Below are positions 1-12,661 of a stretch of 64,000 nucleotides of DNA, piece after piece. Numbering within the stretch: the first letter of the stretch is position 1; each line of letters starts with the position of its first letter. The notes under the pieces are model-generated. The model saw only the letters and a program-made list of their open reading frames with translations. It was not told where the DNA came from and did no database searches. The position numbers and the translations under genes are program-made. The DNA is taken from NCBI GenBank assembly GCA_964016885.1, contig OZ024742.1, forward strand, positions 214,892,001 through 214,956,000. Direction: 5' to 3'. The stretch is from Eledone cirrhosa (lineage: Eukaryota).

Positions 1-3000
1 AAAGGATCGAAAAAGTGGAGGGAGTGCATGCTCAGGATGAAACTCAAAATGAAAACAATGAGATCGTAAATGATAAAGAAATGAATGAGAATGAACTTGC
101 CAACTTGAAGGATGAAATTATGATCGAATGGATGAAAATGAAAGAATCTGACATGGGGGAACGAGACACCCTCCTAAGATCCAGAACTCCAAACAGAACC
201 AAAAGATAATACACAAGACTAACATAATTCTCAAAAACATTATCATCACAAACAAAGTAAACATTACTGATCTAAATTATTATGCATCGGCTAAAGTCAC
301 CACTCACTTATGTAGAGTGAAGATGAAAAAACAAAGGAATTCCCACAAAAAATCTACTTGGCAAGAGAACATCAATCGCCAAATAAACCTTCTCCGATCT
401 GGCATAGAAATTTTAACAAACTATAAAGTAGGTGAACATGTTAAACAAACTAAACTTAGAAAATTGAAAAGAAAGTACAGTATAAAATCAACAAGTGACA
501 TAGACATGCTGATAGAAATAATCAAACAAAAGTGTCGGCCAAAGCTGCTCGTATAAGGCGCTTTGAAAAACGATCTAGATTCTATAAGGACAATAATATG
601 TTCAAAAACAACCAAAGAAACTTCTACAGAAAAATTGGTAAGTCAACAATAACTGCTAAATCAATACCACCCAAGGAGGAAGTGCAAGAATTCTGGGAAA
701 AGATCTGGGCCGAAGAAAAAGCTCATAATGTAACATGCCCCATGGATAGACAGACAAATGAAAGATACTGTAGAGCTCACCTTGAGGAACAAATATGGGA
801 AAATATAACAGCTGAACAGTTGCGTTTGGCTCTAAGAAAAACCAGCAAATGGAAATCCCCAGCAAAAGACAAAATACAAAATTTTTGGATAAATGCCTTC
901 ACAGAGTCTCATGAGTTGTTAGCCCAACTTTACAATGAAATAGTTAAGGTGCCAGAAAAGATACCATCATGGCTAGTTAACGGCATTACATTCCTGCTTC
1001 CGAAGAATGATGAGACAAACAATCCCAAAAATTACAGACCGATAACTTGCTTGACCACAATGTATAAAATGTTAACATCAGTCCTAACTGAATATACATA
1101 TGACCACCTGATAACAAATGACCTATTTCCCATTGAGCAGAAAGGGTGTAAACGAGGCTCATACGGCTGTAAGGATCAGCTTTTGGTTAACAAAATAATA
1201 CTGGATGATTGTCATAATAGCCACAAAAATCTATCAATTGCTTGGATAGATTATAAAAAAGCATTCGATAGTCTGCCACACAGTTGGATTGAAAAATGTT
1301 TAGAGATATTCAAAATATCTCCCGTTGTCAGGAGGTTTTTGTCATTCAGTATGAAGACATGGAAAACGACACTCCTTTTGAATAGTGAAACAAAATCATT
1401 GGAAGCTGGAGAAGTTAATATTAATTGTGGAATTTTTCAGGGTGACTCTTTATCACCGCTTTTATTCTGCATCGCACTTATACCATTAAGTAAAATGCTC
1501 AATGAAACAAAACATGGATATAAAGTCTATGACAAAACCATTAATCACTTGTTCTACATGGATGACTTGAAACTATTTGCAAAAAATAATGAACAATTGC
1601 AAGGGCTATTATCCACTGTGGAGCAGTTCAGTGATGACATTAAAATGGAGTTTGAACTAGATAAATGCGCCAAGGCAACGTTCACCAGAGAAAAGCTGCT
1701 GAACAGTTCAGACATTAATCTTGATCGGGGGAATGTGATAAGTGAACTTGATCAAGAGGAATCTTACAAATATCTAGGTGTTTGTGAAGGAGATGGAATC
1801 AAGCACTCGACAATGAGAGAAAGGATAAGGAAGGAATGTTACCGCTGAGTAAGAGCAATCTTAAGAACGGAATTGAATGCAAGGAATAGGATCGATGCCA
1901 TAAACACGCTTGCCATACCAGTAGTAACCTACAGTTACAATGTCATCAACTGGTCAATCACAGAGATCCGTAGGCTCGATACAAAAATTCGAAAATTCTT
2001 AATCATGCACAGAATGCATCACCCTAAGGCAGATACAGATAGAATATATCTCCCTAGGAAAGAAGGAGGACATGGGTTAGTCCAGTTAGACAGTGCGTTG
2101 AAAACTGCAACAAGTGGATTATCTACATATCTAAGGGAATCACATGATTGGATGATCAAACTCGTTTTGAAACACGAAAGCATCAAAAGATCATACTCCA
2201 TTACAAAAGATGCACAAAGATACAGTAATGGACTACAACTTTCAGAAGTCCCATTTACTGCTGAAATGGAATACACAGAAAAAGCAAAGCAGGTAAAAGT
2301 AACTGCAAAGAAAGAGCCGCTACAGAAACTGGCTAAGAAATGGCAAGAAAAGCCTCTGTATGGAAAATACCCAGAACGAGCTAACAATCCTGATGTTGAC
2401 AAAATTTAACCCATCAGTGGTTGGCATCCTCTGGACTGAAATCGGAAACTGAAGGACTGATTATATCAGCACATAGTCAGTGACTTCCAACATAATAAAA
2501 AATGGATGCAGCCCATTATGCCGTGTATGCAAAAAACAATCAGAGACCATTGACCATATAATTTCAATGTGCAGTCCTATAGCTCTAACCGAATACCTAA
2601 ACAGGCATGACAGAGCTGCACAATACATACATTGGATAATGTGTAAGCATTTTGACCTGCCCCATCAAAAGAATTGTTGGGAGCATCAACCACCTCCCAT
2701 ACTTGAAAAAGATCACATCGCAATCTTGTGGAACTTTAGCATCCAAACAGACCGAAAAATAGATGCAAATAGACCTGATATAATATTGAAGGACTTTTAA
2801 AAGAAGATATGCCTGCTAATTGATATGTCCGTTCCAATAGACAAGAATGTATCTACAAAAACATTTGAAAAATTGAGCAAGTATAAGGTCCTGGAGATAG
2901 AAATTGGAAAAATGTGGAAATTGAGAACTAAAACAATACCAGTGGTTGTAGGCGCTCTAGGAATGATTCCTAATGGGTCTAATGATTACTTATCGCAAAT

Positions 3001-3229
3001 CCCAGGAAGCCCGCGTATAGGAGAAATACAAAGGATAGTACTAATGGGAACTGCCCATACACTAAGGAAGATTCTGTCAATATAAGTACATCACAAGTCT
3101 AAACACCTAATGATGCATGTGTGAGTATGTATGTTCTTTCTTGAACATGGCGGACCTTGTTGTCTCTTGAGGTCACAGGATGTGACTTGTGATAACTCGT
3201 ATGAACATAAAGCAAGATAAATGCAGCTG
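1..3229 (+). mobile_element. R4/Dong-clade non-LTR retrotransposon, family A, frameshifted copy cut by the window start
   Basis: ORF pieces 532-1848 (RT: [32 protein letters not shown]), 1873-2409, 2480-2800 (CRVC..H....C, RHD, RPDI) and 2825-3085 (K..KY RLE motif). The 3' UTR ends in (TAA)n at 3230. Confidence 0.95.
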
Positions 3230-3302
3230 TAATAATAATAATAATAATGATAATAATAATCATAATAAAATAATAATAAAATAATAATAATAAAAATAAT
3301 AA
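3230..3302 (+). repeat. (TAA)n microsatellite, R4 tail or target
   Basis: Imperfect TAA repeats between two R4 copies. Confidence 0.9.
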
Positions 3303-3594
3303 AAATTAACCGATACCAGGACTTAAAGTGGGAGGTAAAAAGGATTTGGAACTGCCATGAAGTCAAAGTGATCCCGATTGTCATAGGCGCACTGGGGACT
3401 TTCTCCAAAAGTTTCCAGGGATGGTTAAAGAAAATCGGCCCCTTCACGCTTTTTGGAACGCTTCAAAGGCATGCTTGCTGGGAACAGCAAGAACCCTCCG
3501 ATACGTCCTGAATATCTGAGGCTGCAGGTAGTGGCTTGATATTCATTCCAACAAACTTTCCAGTTAACTAACATCAATGACTGAGACTCAAGGA
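3303..3594 (+). mobile_element. R4/Dong family B, 5'-truncated 3' fragment
   Basis: Encodes RYQDLKWEVKRIWNCHEVKV...LRYVLNI. The 3' UTR matches those at 5553-5630 and 49089-49166 and is followed by TAA repeats. Confidence 0.9.
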
Positions 3595-3611
3595 GTAATA
3601 ACAATAATAAT

Positions 3612-3698
3612 AATTGTTTCTACTTTAGGCACAAGGCCAGCAAATACCCAGTGCATTACTGGTACTTTATTTTATCGACCCCGTAAGGATGAAAGGCA
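3612..3698 (-). mobile_element. SINE 3' fragment
   Basis: Reverse complement of the SINE 3' half (cctttcatccttacggggtcgataaaataaagtaccagt...tagaaacaatt). Confidence 0.9.
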
Positions 3699-3724
3699 AA
3701 ATAATAATGATAATAATAATAATT

Positions 3725-5630
3725 TAAAAAAATCAAAAAAAAAAATCAAAGCACCACAGCAACAACAAAAAACGTAAAGGAAATAAAAATGAAGAGAAAA
3801 ACAAACGGACGGGCAGAGAAGGGAAGGGAAAAACTAAGTCAGACATTCAAACACTACATTACAATGAAACTTATGCTTATTCATTTTTGGGTTTTTTTCT
3901 GCCTGTTTGTTTGTTTGTTTATTTGGGTTCGTCTACAGCGTGATAATGCCACACAAAAGTCACGTGGAGTGACGAAACCATAGGAGACAAGTAATTCACC
4001 GGTGGTTATGTAACCATACATTCGCCAATCCTCGATAAGAGTGTTTAAATGTCGAACCTAAACAGTTCGCATAACGGTGAAATGGAGACTAGAATGTCAT
4101 GTGACCAACAGGTGCTCCCAGGCTCAGCAGCAGGGACTTGGCTATCAACCAAATACTGCTGGTGTCGGAGTAAGAAGAATAAGGAAAGGGACCAGAACCA
4201 ACTGGACGAAAGAATTGAATAGAACTGTTATGCAATGTTACCTGAAGAGTAACCCCAAGGAGAAAGGCTATAGGAAAAGTATGCATAATATCTGGAACGA
4301 GATTGGTCCATTTAAATTAGATGAACAAAAACTGGCCGGGCAGGCTCGAGTAATAAGAACCAATGGGTGGATAAGCGAGCTGGAACTGGAGGAACTGAGC
4401 AGAGAGATTAGCTTGGAGAAGGAGGGTGGAGTATGCCAGGCAAACGAGCCAGTGGGAAATGAAGGGGAAGAGGTCGAGAGAACGGAGGAACCACCCGAAG
4501 CAGACAATGATCTGAATGCTGAGATAAATAATACCTGGAACAGAGATACGGCCACTGAGGAGATGAATGCTGACGGGCTAGGACAAGATTTGGTAGATAT
4601 CCTAAAGTGGTAGATGAATTGAACAATGATAGTGGGAGACCTATGAACCTAAGATTTGTAGACAGGAAAAAGTTAAAAGAAACAACAGCTAAGGTAAACA
4701 AAGTCATCCCATACCTTGAGGCGAGGAGCCTTCACCAGTGCAACAATATCCTCAAAGCAACAGCGAATACGGTGAGGAAACAGACGAGCAACCTTCATGA
4801 AAAACCCCTTCATAGTGCCTTCTTTGAGAAAACTGAATTTAGAGATCCACAGACATGGAACTGGTTGAAAAGAGGAGACCTTAAACATGCTACAGAAGGA
4901 ATGCTAATGGCTGCGCAGGAGCAGGCCCTGAAATCGATGTGGCTGAAAGACTATATTTACAAGGAGGAGGCTAGCCCACTGTGAAGGATATGTGGAGAGA
5001 GAGAGGAGACTGTGGCTCACATTGTATCCGAGTGTAAACACCTAACCCAGACTCACTATAACGGCTGGAGACATGATGGGATGGGCAGGGTGATCCATTG
5101 CCACCCTATGCAAAGTAAACAATTTACCATATTCTGAGAAGTGGTATTAGCATAACCCAGAGTCGGTGATAGAAACGATCAGGTGAAGGTGCTGTGGGAT
5201 TTTAGGATATAGACGGACAATAAACTGGAACACAATAGACCTGACCTGGTGGTTTTGGACAAGTAAAAATGATCGTGCCTGATTGTGGATGTGGCCTGCC
5301 CATTTGACACGAGAGTGCAAGAGAAGGAGAGGGAGAAAATTAACCGATACCAGGAATGAAGCGGGAGGTAAAAAGGATTTGGAACTGCCATGAAGTCAAA
5401 GTGGTCCCGATTGTCATAGGCGCACTAGGTACTATCTCAAAAAGTTTCCAGGGATGGTTAAAGAAAAGTGGCCCCTTCACGCTTTTTGGAACGCTTCAAA
5501 AGGCATGCTTGCTGGGAACAGCAAGAACCCTACGATACGTCCTGAATATCTGAGGCTGCTGGTAGCGGCTTGATATTCATTTCAACAAACTTTCCAGTTA
5601 AATAACATCAATGACTGAGACTCAAAGAAC
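3725..5630 (+). mobile_element. R4/Dong family B internally deleted copy (5' region and N-terminus fused to CCHC/RLE, RT missing)
   Basis: N-terminal R4 motif RTNWTKELN..VMQCY..KLAGQARVI (4077-4613) is joined near 4775-4790 to LHEKPLH...TEGMLMAAQEQAL, then RLE, 3' UTR and TAA. The 5' boundary is uncertain. Confidence 0.85.
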
Positions 5631-5644
5631 AATAATAATAATAA

Positions 5645-6436
5645 TGATTTCATTTATTAGCCACCAGGGCCGACAGGTAAAGGACAATACAAAGACAGGG
5701 ACAGTGGGGGTTTACAATAAGGTGGAGTAAAAGTGCACAATGGCAAGTCTAATTTAACAATGAAAATATAAAAATATAAAATAAACTATGCATAAATATA
5801 ACAAAATAAATTCCCCGATAGGGGGTGTACGACCCTGGGGTGCTTCAAGTACCCCACCAATCCTGAACCACCCTGCGCTTCTAGGGCACCCAGGGAGAGC
5901 ACTCCTCTCCTCAAGTTAGCTAGCCTATAGGCGCATGGTCAGAGTAGGCCCATTCACACGAGCCATTCTCGCCACATTCACCCACCTTTTAGCAAATGTA
6001 CTGGGGGGCAGCACTTCTCTCTCCACCCTCACCTTCCTTTCCAGGTGAAACTTGAAGAAGTTGATGAGGGATTGGCCGAAGAGAAAAGTGTCTGTCTTTA
6101 GTCCTTTCAACCTGGTCCACCATATAATCTCTTTCGCAACTGCCACCAGACAGAGGACAATTTCCTGCTCTTCCTGACCTAAGGAAGGCGGTAGATCGAT
6201 CTTCACTATGGACTCGGCCGATAGCCGGATTCGTTCCACACGCGACAGTAGCTGTTCGACATAACTCCACAAGTCAGTAATGCACGGACATTGGACAAGT
6301 GCGTGCAGAACGGTTTCGTCGTTCTGTGCGCATCTTGGGCAGGTACGTCTGACAGCACTTCCGTGCCTGTAGAGTTTATCCCGAACCGGCAGTGCCCGCC
6401 GGTAGCACTGCCAAGCGAGGGATTTCTAGAAATTGT
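5645..6436 (-). mobile_element. L1/Tx1-type LINE, 5'-truncated 3' end
   Basis: Minus strand encodes LPVRDKLYRHG..CPRC..DETVLHALVQC (zf-RVT/CCHC) and ORF 5925-6272. Homologous to 49200-49950. TAA repeats on both sides. Confidence 0.85.
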
Positions 6437-6476
6437 CCAATAATAATAATAATAATAATAATAATATTAATAAAGC

Positions 6477-6624
6477 GAAGAAGAAGAAGGAGGAGGACGA
6501 GGAGGAGCACGAAGTGGAGGAGGAGGAGGAGAAGAAGAAGAAGAAGAAGAAGAAGAAGAAGAAGAAGAAGAAGAAGAAGAAGAAGAAGAAGAAGAAGAAG
6601 AAGAAGAAGAAGAAGAAGAAGAAG
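6477..6624 (+). repeat. (GAA)n/(GAG)n microsatellite
   Basis: Direct reading. It explains the poly-K/R/S ORFs. Confidence 0.95.
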
Positions 6625-6832
6625 GTGCGGTAGTAATTATAGCAATTATCGAGGTATAGTAAAGGAGGAAGGAAAACACGAAGGAGAATGAGAAATAGAA
6701 AGAGACGACGGGAGGTGTGGTAGTAATATTGTTATTATTAGTAGTGGTAATAGAAGCTGTCCGTGGGACTGACCTTAATGGTACAGTGAGCTAAAATTGA
6801 CCTGAAGTAGTAATTGTTTTCATTATATCTAT

Positions 6833-7016
6833 GTGGATTGGCAGTATCGGTAGAGGGTCGGACGCCATGCTTTCCAGCATAGTTACATCCCTTTACGATC
6901 TGAGTTCAAATCCCGCCGAGGTTGACTTTGCCTTTCATCCTTACGGGGTCGATAAAATAAAGTACCAGTAATGCACTGGAAAATTGCTGGCCTTGTGCCT
7001 AAAGTAGAAACAATTA
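6833..7016 (+). mobile_element. tRNA-derived SINE, near full length
   Basis: A box tggcagtatcgg, B box gagttcaaatccc, Nin/Deu-like core cctttcatcc..gggtcgataaa..agtaccag. TSD attatatctat. Confidence 0.92.
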
Positions 7017-7019
7017 TAT

Positions 7020-7690
7020 CTATCTTTCTTAGTATTAATGTAGGGAATACTATCGTTCTTAGTTTGTCCATTGGTGTTATTGTTGGGTGCTACTTGCAGT
7101 ATCGTCTTTGGTGGCAACGGGGCTCTATTTTGTGGGAAAGTAAAATTGTTTACCAACGCGTGATTTTGGGTAGCGTTATCTTTAAATTTATTGAGGGAAA
7201 TTCTGAAGTTGGGTTGTTCATTAAAGTTGCAGGTGTCAAAGTGTTCACTCAGTGCTCTTTTTCTGTATTCCATATTTTAATTCGGGATCTACGAAGGGTC
7301 ATACTCTAATGAAGACTAGTTTTAATCTGCCCTATGTTCTGTTCACGACAGCCTGAGCAGATGAATACACATACCGGGTTTTCTGACGCGCATGTGAAAT
7401 TGCTTTTCACCATTTAATCCTTGACCCTCGTTGAAGCAAAACTCCAATCCCTCTATTAGGTTGACGCATATACCACACCTGGATTTTCTGCAGTTTTTTA
7501 CTCTTGGTATTGTTGTTGTGGTCGACTGGACTTTGGCCAGTGTTAGGATATTTTTCTTTGACTTGGGTTGTCTTTTGCTCTTTATGGTGTTGTGAGTTTG
7601 AAGGATTTGGTTCATTCTATGAACCCTTTTCTAGTAAAAGTATCTTCTGAAGGATGATATCGAAGGCCTCATTGTTTAGGGGGATGAGTG
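7020..7690 (-). mobile_element. Penelope-like element fragment (linker + GIY-YIG)
   Basis: KRQPK..NILT, CRKSRCGIC, then across a frameshift FTCASENPVCVFICSGCREQNIG and LSEHF. Confidence 0.75.
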
Positions 7691-7794
7691 ATTTGTCCGG
7701 CAGCCACCTGCGATACATTCGGTAGCAGAACGCCTGTCACATATCAAAACGCAATAAAATAATAAAATCATTTATGTTATAATCTTTAACAAAC

Positions 7795-7975
<181 letters not shown>

Positions 7976-8202
7976 GCGGCATAACAAGGGATGCGCTGAG
8001 GTCTTATGTAGTGAGGCCTGCCAAATACGTATAATGGCGTCCCCGCCGAGCGCCTTTGAACTGCCTTGGGGAGCATGGGATAGAAGTTCTTAGGTTACGC
8101 ATGTGCGGTATTTACAAGGATGCTATCTTCAAAGTAGTAGCTAAACTTAACATCCGGTATAGCTATATAACACCTAAGTCGCATTAATTGTTACTGTACA
8201 TA

Positions 8203-8380
8203 TTGGCAGTACCGGTAGAGGGTTAGACACCATGCTTTCTAGCATAGTTACGTCTCTTTATGGTCCGAGTTCAAATCCCGTCGAGGTTAAATTTGTCTTA
8301 CATCCTTACTGGGTCGATAAAATAATGTACCAGTAATGTACTGGATAACTGCTGGCCTTGTGCTAAAAGTAGAAACAATT
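8203..8380 (+). mobile_element. tRNA-derived SINE
   Basis: Same family as 6833-7016, with 13-bp TSD attgttactgtac. Confidence 0.9.
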
Positions 8381-8832
8381 GTTACTGTACGATATAGGGG
8401 CAGGTTGTAGCTGAGATTACAATGTGATTGCAATTCGCATACATTACCGAATTTGGTTTTTATAAAGTTTTAGTGACCATTCCAAATCATCTGTTACTAT
8501 AAAATATAATAAAGTTTATCAAGAATTAATTAGAAGACTTCGGGGGTTATGTTTATAAAGGTTTATTTTCCTCATAACGTAGCGTTGAAGAAGTTTTTTT
8601 CGGACGAGGTAGGTTCCTAGTATGCTGGTATTAAATGTTTGTTGATTAATTACATTCCTGTACTTAACTGGTGTTTTACATCTACTATTGAATTTTTATT
8701 TGAAATGAGAACTATTTTTTATTTGAATTAAAATACGATAATACATTTATCTTTATTAATATAAAATTCTAGAGAAGATAGATATTATTACATTTTCATC
8801 TTAGCCTACTATCAGAAGCAAAGAAATATATA

Positions 8833-8915
8833 TAATTGTTTCTACGTTAGGCACAAGGCCAGCAAATACCCAGTGTATTACTGGTACTTTATTTTATAGA
8901 CCCCGTAAGGATGAC
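8833..8915 (-). mobile_element. SINE 3' fragment
   Basis: Matches the SINE 3' half. Confidence 0.85.
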
Positions 8916-9339
8916 AGTTTGCTCGGTTTTTTTATCCAACATTTTATAGATTAATATCACAAGCAGAAATATCTAAGACAACATTTTTGCACTGTAACAC
9001 GAATTACGTATTTTATGACAATATATACTTTGCGATTTCCCATTACTCATGACTAGCGTAAAGAGAAACATAAACTATTTTTTCAGACATATATAATCCT
9101 CAACCATTTATAATATATTTCGCCCAAATATTGAAAGTAAATATGCAGTAGATATTTGGAAAATCAATGAAGCATTAGTGTGCTAAATATATAATGACCA
9201 TCTGATAATATTTCCGACAAGAATACAATTATAACGGATATTCGAGGGGAGCCATTATCTATGTCCTCATTACACGATATAAACAAACTATCTCAATGTA
9301 CACAAAACAAACACCAATATAGTACAGATACACAAATAT

Positions 9340-9612
<273 letters not shown>

Positions 9613-10599
9613 TATAGATATAAATAGAGACGTTGGCGGGGAGTGTTTCGATTATATATTTATTTTAGATTTTTATATATTTTTTTTTAATTCACAATCG
9701 TACAGTCTCAAATAATATCCCAAAATATTACAATTCTTTAAAATTCTATTGTGAAATCGAGTATCTTATATATATATATAATTATTTATTTGTATATATA
9801 TCCTTTAAAAATTATACATAAATATCTAGTATTCAGCATCACGATTACTGATGTATTTCAAAACCATAGTAATAATGAAATTTGTCTGAACACTAAAATA
9901 ATCACATATGTATACATCCAAATGTGTGTGTGTGTGTATACGTGTGCTTGTGGTCACTAACCAACTTTCAAAAGGCAAATTCAACAAAGGCTTCTTAATA
10001 TGATTGTTTCTTTTTTTGTATCTATATGAGTATTAAAAGTGCTTGATCTATATACCAACTACACAATATTACACCGGAACCTATGCACGTGTGAAATTTG
10101 TGTCTAGATGTATTAAGTGATAGGATGAGTTATATAGGAAGATTGATAGAATTTAATAAGGACAGATATTTCAATAAAAATTGTTCTTAGAATCTTTCTT
10201 CAATCCGCTAAGCATCTACTTAACGCAAATAGGTTAATTTCAAAGTCCTTCCTATTATTTTCATCCGCACACTATAGCTTCCCTTTTAGCTCCAGGACAC
10301 AGATGAAAATGCCGTATCAGCAACTTTTTCCTTGTATCCCAGTCCTATCATGTTTCAAAACGTTTTTTACTAATTCCGTAAAACATTCAGCAGGCTGCGT
10401 ATCCTACCATAACGTATAATTTGACTAGAAATTATGTTGTATCCTAAAGATATTAGCGCAGAGCAAGATTCAAGGGCATCCACGCTACCTTGAAACTAAA
10501 TCATTAGTCTTATTGTAGACCACTGTTACTATTGTCTAAGAGCCTTTTTCGATAGCGAAGTCGATATATATATATGTAAAAGGTAATCAGAAATAACAA

Positions 10600-10963
10600 C
10601 ACAATCGGTACAGTATATGGAAGGTATGTATTAGGTTAACGCTTGATGTAGCAGGAAGAGGGTATTAACGTTTCGGACGCTAGTCCTTCATCAGAAGAAA
10701 GAAAGAGAAATAAAATAGATTAAGGGGACGGGCGGGATGGAATTGGAAAAAAATGTCTTTAGATACAAATAATAGGTCCATTGATGTTGACATCTCTTGC
10801 AAAACTGTTGGTGCTGGCGTTTTGTGTATGATTTGTTTTTTAGAAAAGTGGATGATGGCGCGCGTCTACCTGAAATGGAGAAAAAAAGCGTTTTTGTAAA
10901 AAGAGCTATACTTGAGCACGAGCATAAGCATGAGTGTGTGTGTGTGGGGGGGTATGTGGGTGA

Positions 10964-11055
<92 letters not shown>

Positions 11056-11836
11056 ATAGGTCCGTACGAAGCTAAGAAGATATATGTGTGTATATGTGAG
11101 TAAAAGAGTGTGTGTGCATGTAAGTACGAAGCTATAAGCAAAGAGAAAACGATACGAATCTAGTGGTGTGATAATGGACAGGGTATTAGAGAAATTGGGG
11201 AGGTGAGTTGAGTCCAAGAGAGGAATAGGACCCAAGACTGTGAATCAGACTTTGTTCAGTCCTGGTGCGCGAGGCCTGTGATCCATCATGTAAAAGGATT
11301 GAAACATATAGGTAAGAAACCAGAACAGAAATGACGGGAGACAGGAGTATCCAAATCGTCGTATGTCCCTCAAATGTTCGGCAAACCGGTACGCCATATG
11401 GCGTCATATTTGCCCGATATATAAAGACCCGCAAAGGGAACACCGGAGAGCATAGACAACGTGGATGGTTGTGCAGGTGAAGGAATGGCGGTGGTGAGGG
11501 TGGAAATAAAGGGACAAGTGTTGCAGCGGGAACGGGAACAAGGATGAGAGCCGGGTGGCGTCATAGGCGAGGACGAAAAAGAACTATGAACCAGGATGTC
11601 GCGGGTGTTTCGGGCACGCTTAAGAGCAGTAACGGGTGGGTTTGGAAAAAAGCGAGATGTGACGGAGTCAGAAGTGAGGATACGGAATGAACGGAGGATA
11701 TGTCACCGTAGTGGTAGGGTGCTGGGGTGGTAGATGAGAGAGAAAGGAACACGGGTGTTGGGAGGCCGGGGGTGAGGTGAGAGGTCAGCGGTGCGGTCTG
11801 TTTCACATGCGCGGGTGAGAGCAGCTTGGATCAAGG
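10600..11836 (-). mobile_element. Penelope-like element 3' part with pLTR, interrupted by (GT)n at 10965-11050
   Basis: RVPFSLIYHP, PPGSHPCSRSRCNTCPFI linker and degenerate GIY-YIG on the minus strand. Terminal hammerhead near 10660-10700. Confidence 0.75.
10660..10700 (-). ncRNA. minimal hammerhead ribozyme motif
   Basis: Minus strand CTGATGA-A-GGAC-tagc-GTCC-GAAA-CGTT. Core and stem II are intact, stem I is weak. Confidence 0.75.
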
Positions 11837-12270
11837 TATATATATGTATATATAGATATATATATATAGATATATATATGTATGTATCTATGTATGTATG
11901 GTCGTACAAATCTTGTAATTGTCTTTGGTCATATGAGAAACGTTAACTATCCAACGATGTGATGTGTAGGTCTTATTTGAAATTACTTGTTAAATATTTT
12001 AGTAATTAGTATTAAATGCTTATGAATGATACAAGATCTATGAGTAAATACTTGTATACATAGTGTACATAAGATATTTAAAAGTTGCAGAAAAAATAAA
12101 GATGTACACTTTTTACAGTGTACAATAATATAGTTTAATAAACGACGAGTTTATCCAATAAGCCAAAACTAGAGTTAACTTTGTACATATCTACTTCTGT
12201 ATATTTTGTTACTAATTATATCCTATCTAATCCGCAGTATTTAATATATATACATACATATATATATATA

Positions 12271-12340
<70 letters not shown>

Positions 12341-12341
<1 letters not shown>

Positions 12342-12536
12342 CAAAATATATGACCCCGACGCCAGAGCTCGAGCCGTTACGACGGCTATTTACGGACTAA
12401 GTCCAGAATTAGCCGTCTAAACGGCTTGAGCGCTGCCGTCGGGGTCATACGTTTTCCTATTACCCACTCTACTACCCTAAGTATTGAGTACTCTGGTGCG
12501 TTATGCTCCATCTGGTCCCGTACCACACTTCCTTCG

Positions 12537-12537
<1 letters not shown>
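12341..12537. mobile_element. short palindromic element embedded in (TA)n
   Basis: Imperfect GC-rich inverted repeat 12343-12455 plus an ~80-bp unique tail, with (TA)n on both sides. Confidence 0.6.
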
Positions 12538-12580
<43 letters not shown>

Positions 12581-12661
12581 CATTTAACAGGATTGTGAGC
12601 GTAGGCATTTTATTCAACAAAAGCTACCTCATCACGATATGCCAATAAATATATATAATAT

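Noticed and set aside
2019-2402. Antisense ORFs recurring in R4 copies (2019-2402, 33206-33523, 36800-37120)
   Set aside because: Shadow frames of the RT-RLE ORF with variable ends between copies and no recognisable domain.
3945-4085. Ribozyme in the R4 family B 5' region (GTCAC/GTGAC hairpin + GAAAC, and ttcaccg/cggtgaa pairing)
   Set aside because: It lacks the CTGANGA box and does not fit the HDV-like P1/P3/P1.1 order by eye. A covariance search would be needed.
6392-6691. Poly-R/K/S ORFs, and the many [16 protein letters not shown] and LLLL ORFs across the window
   Set aside because: They are translations of microsatellites, not genes.
6833-6915. tRNA gene (A and B boxes)
   Set aside because: No cloverleaf or acceptor stem. 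It is the tRNA-derived head of a multicopy SINE.
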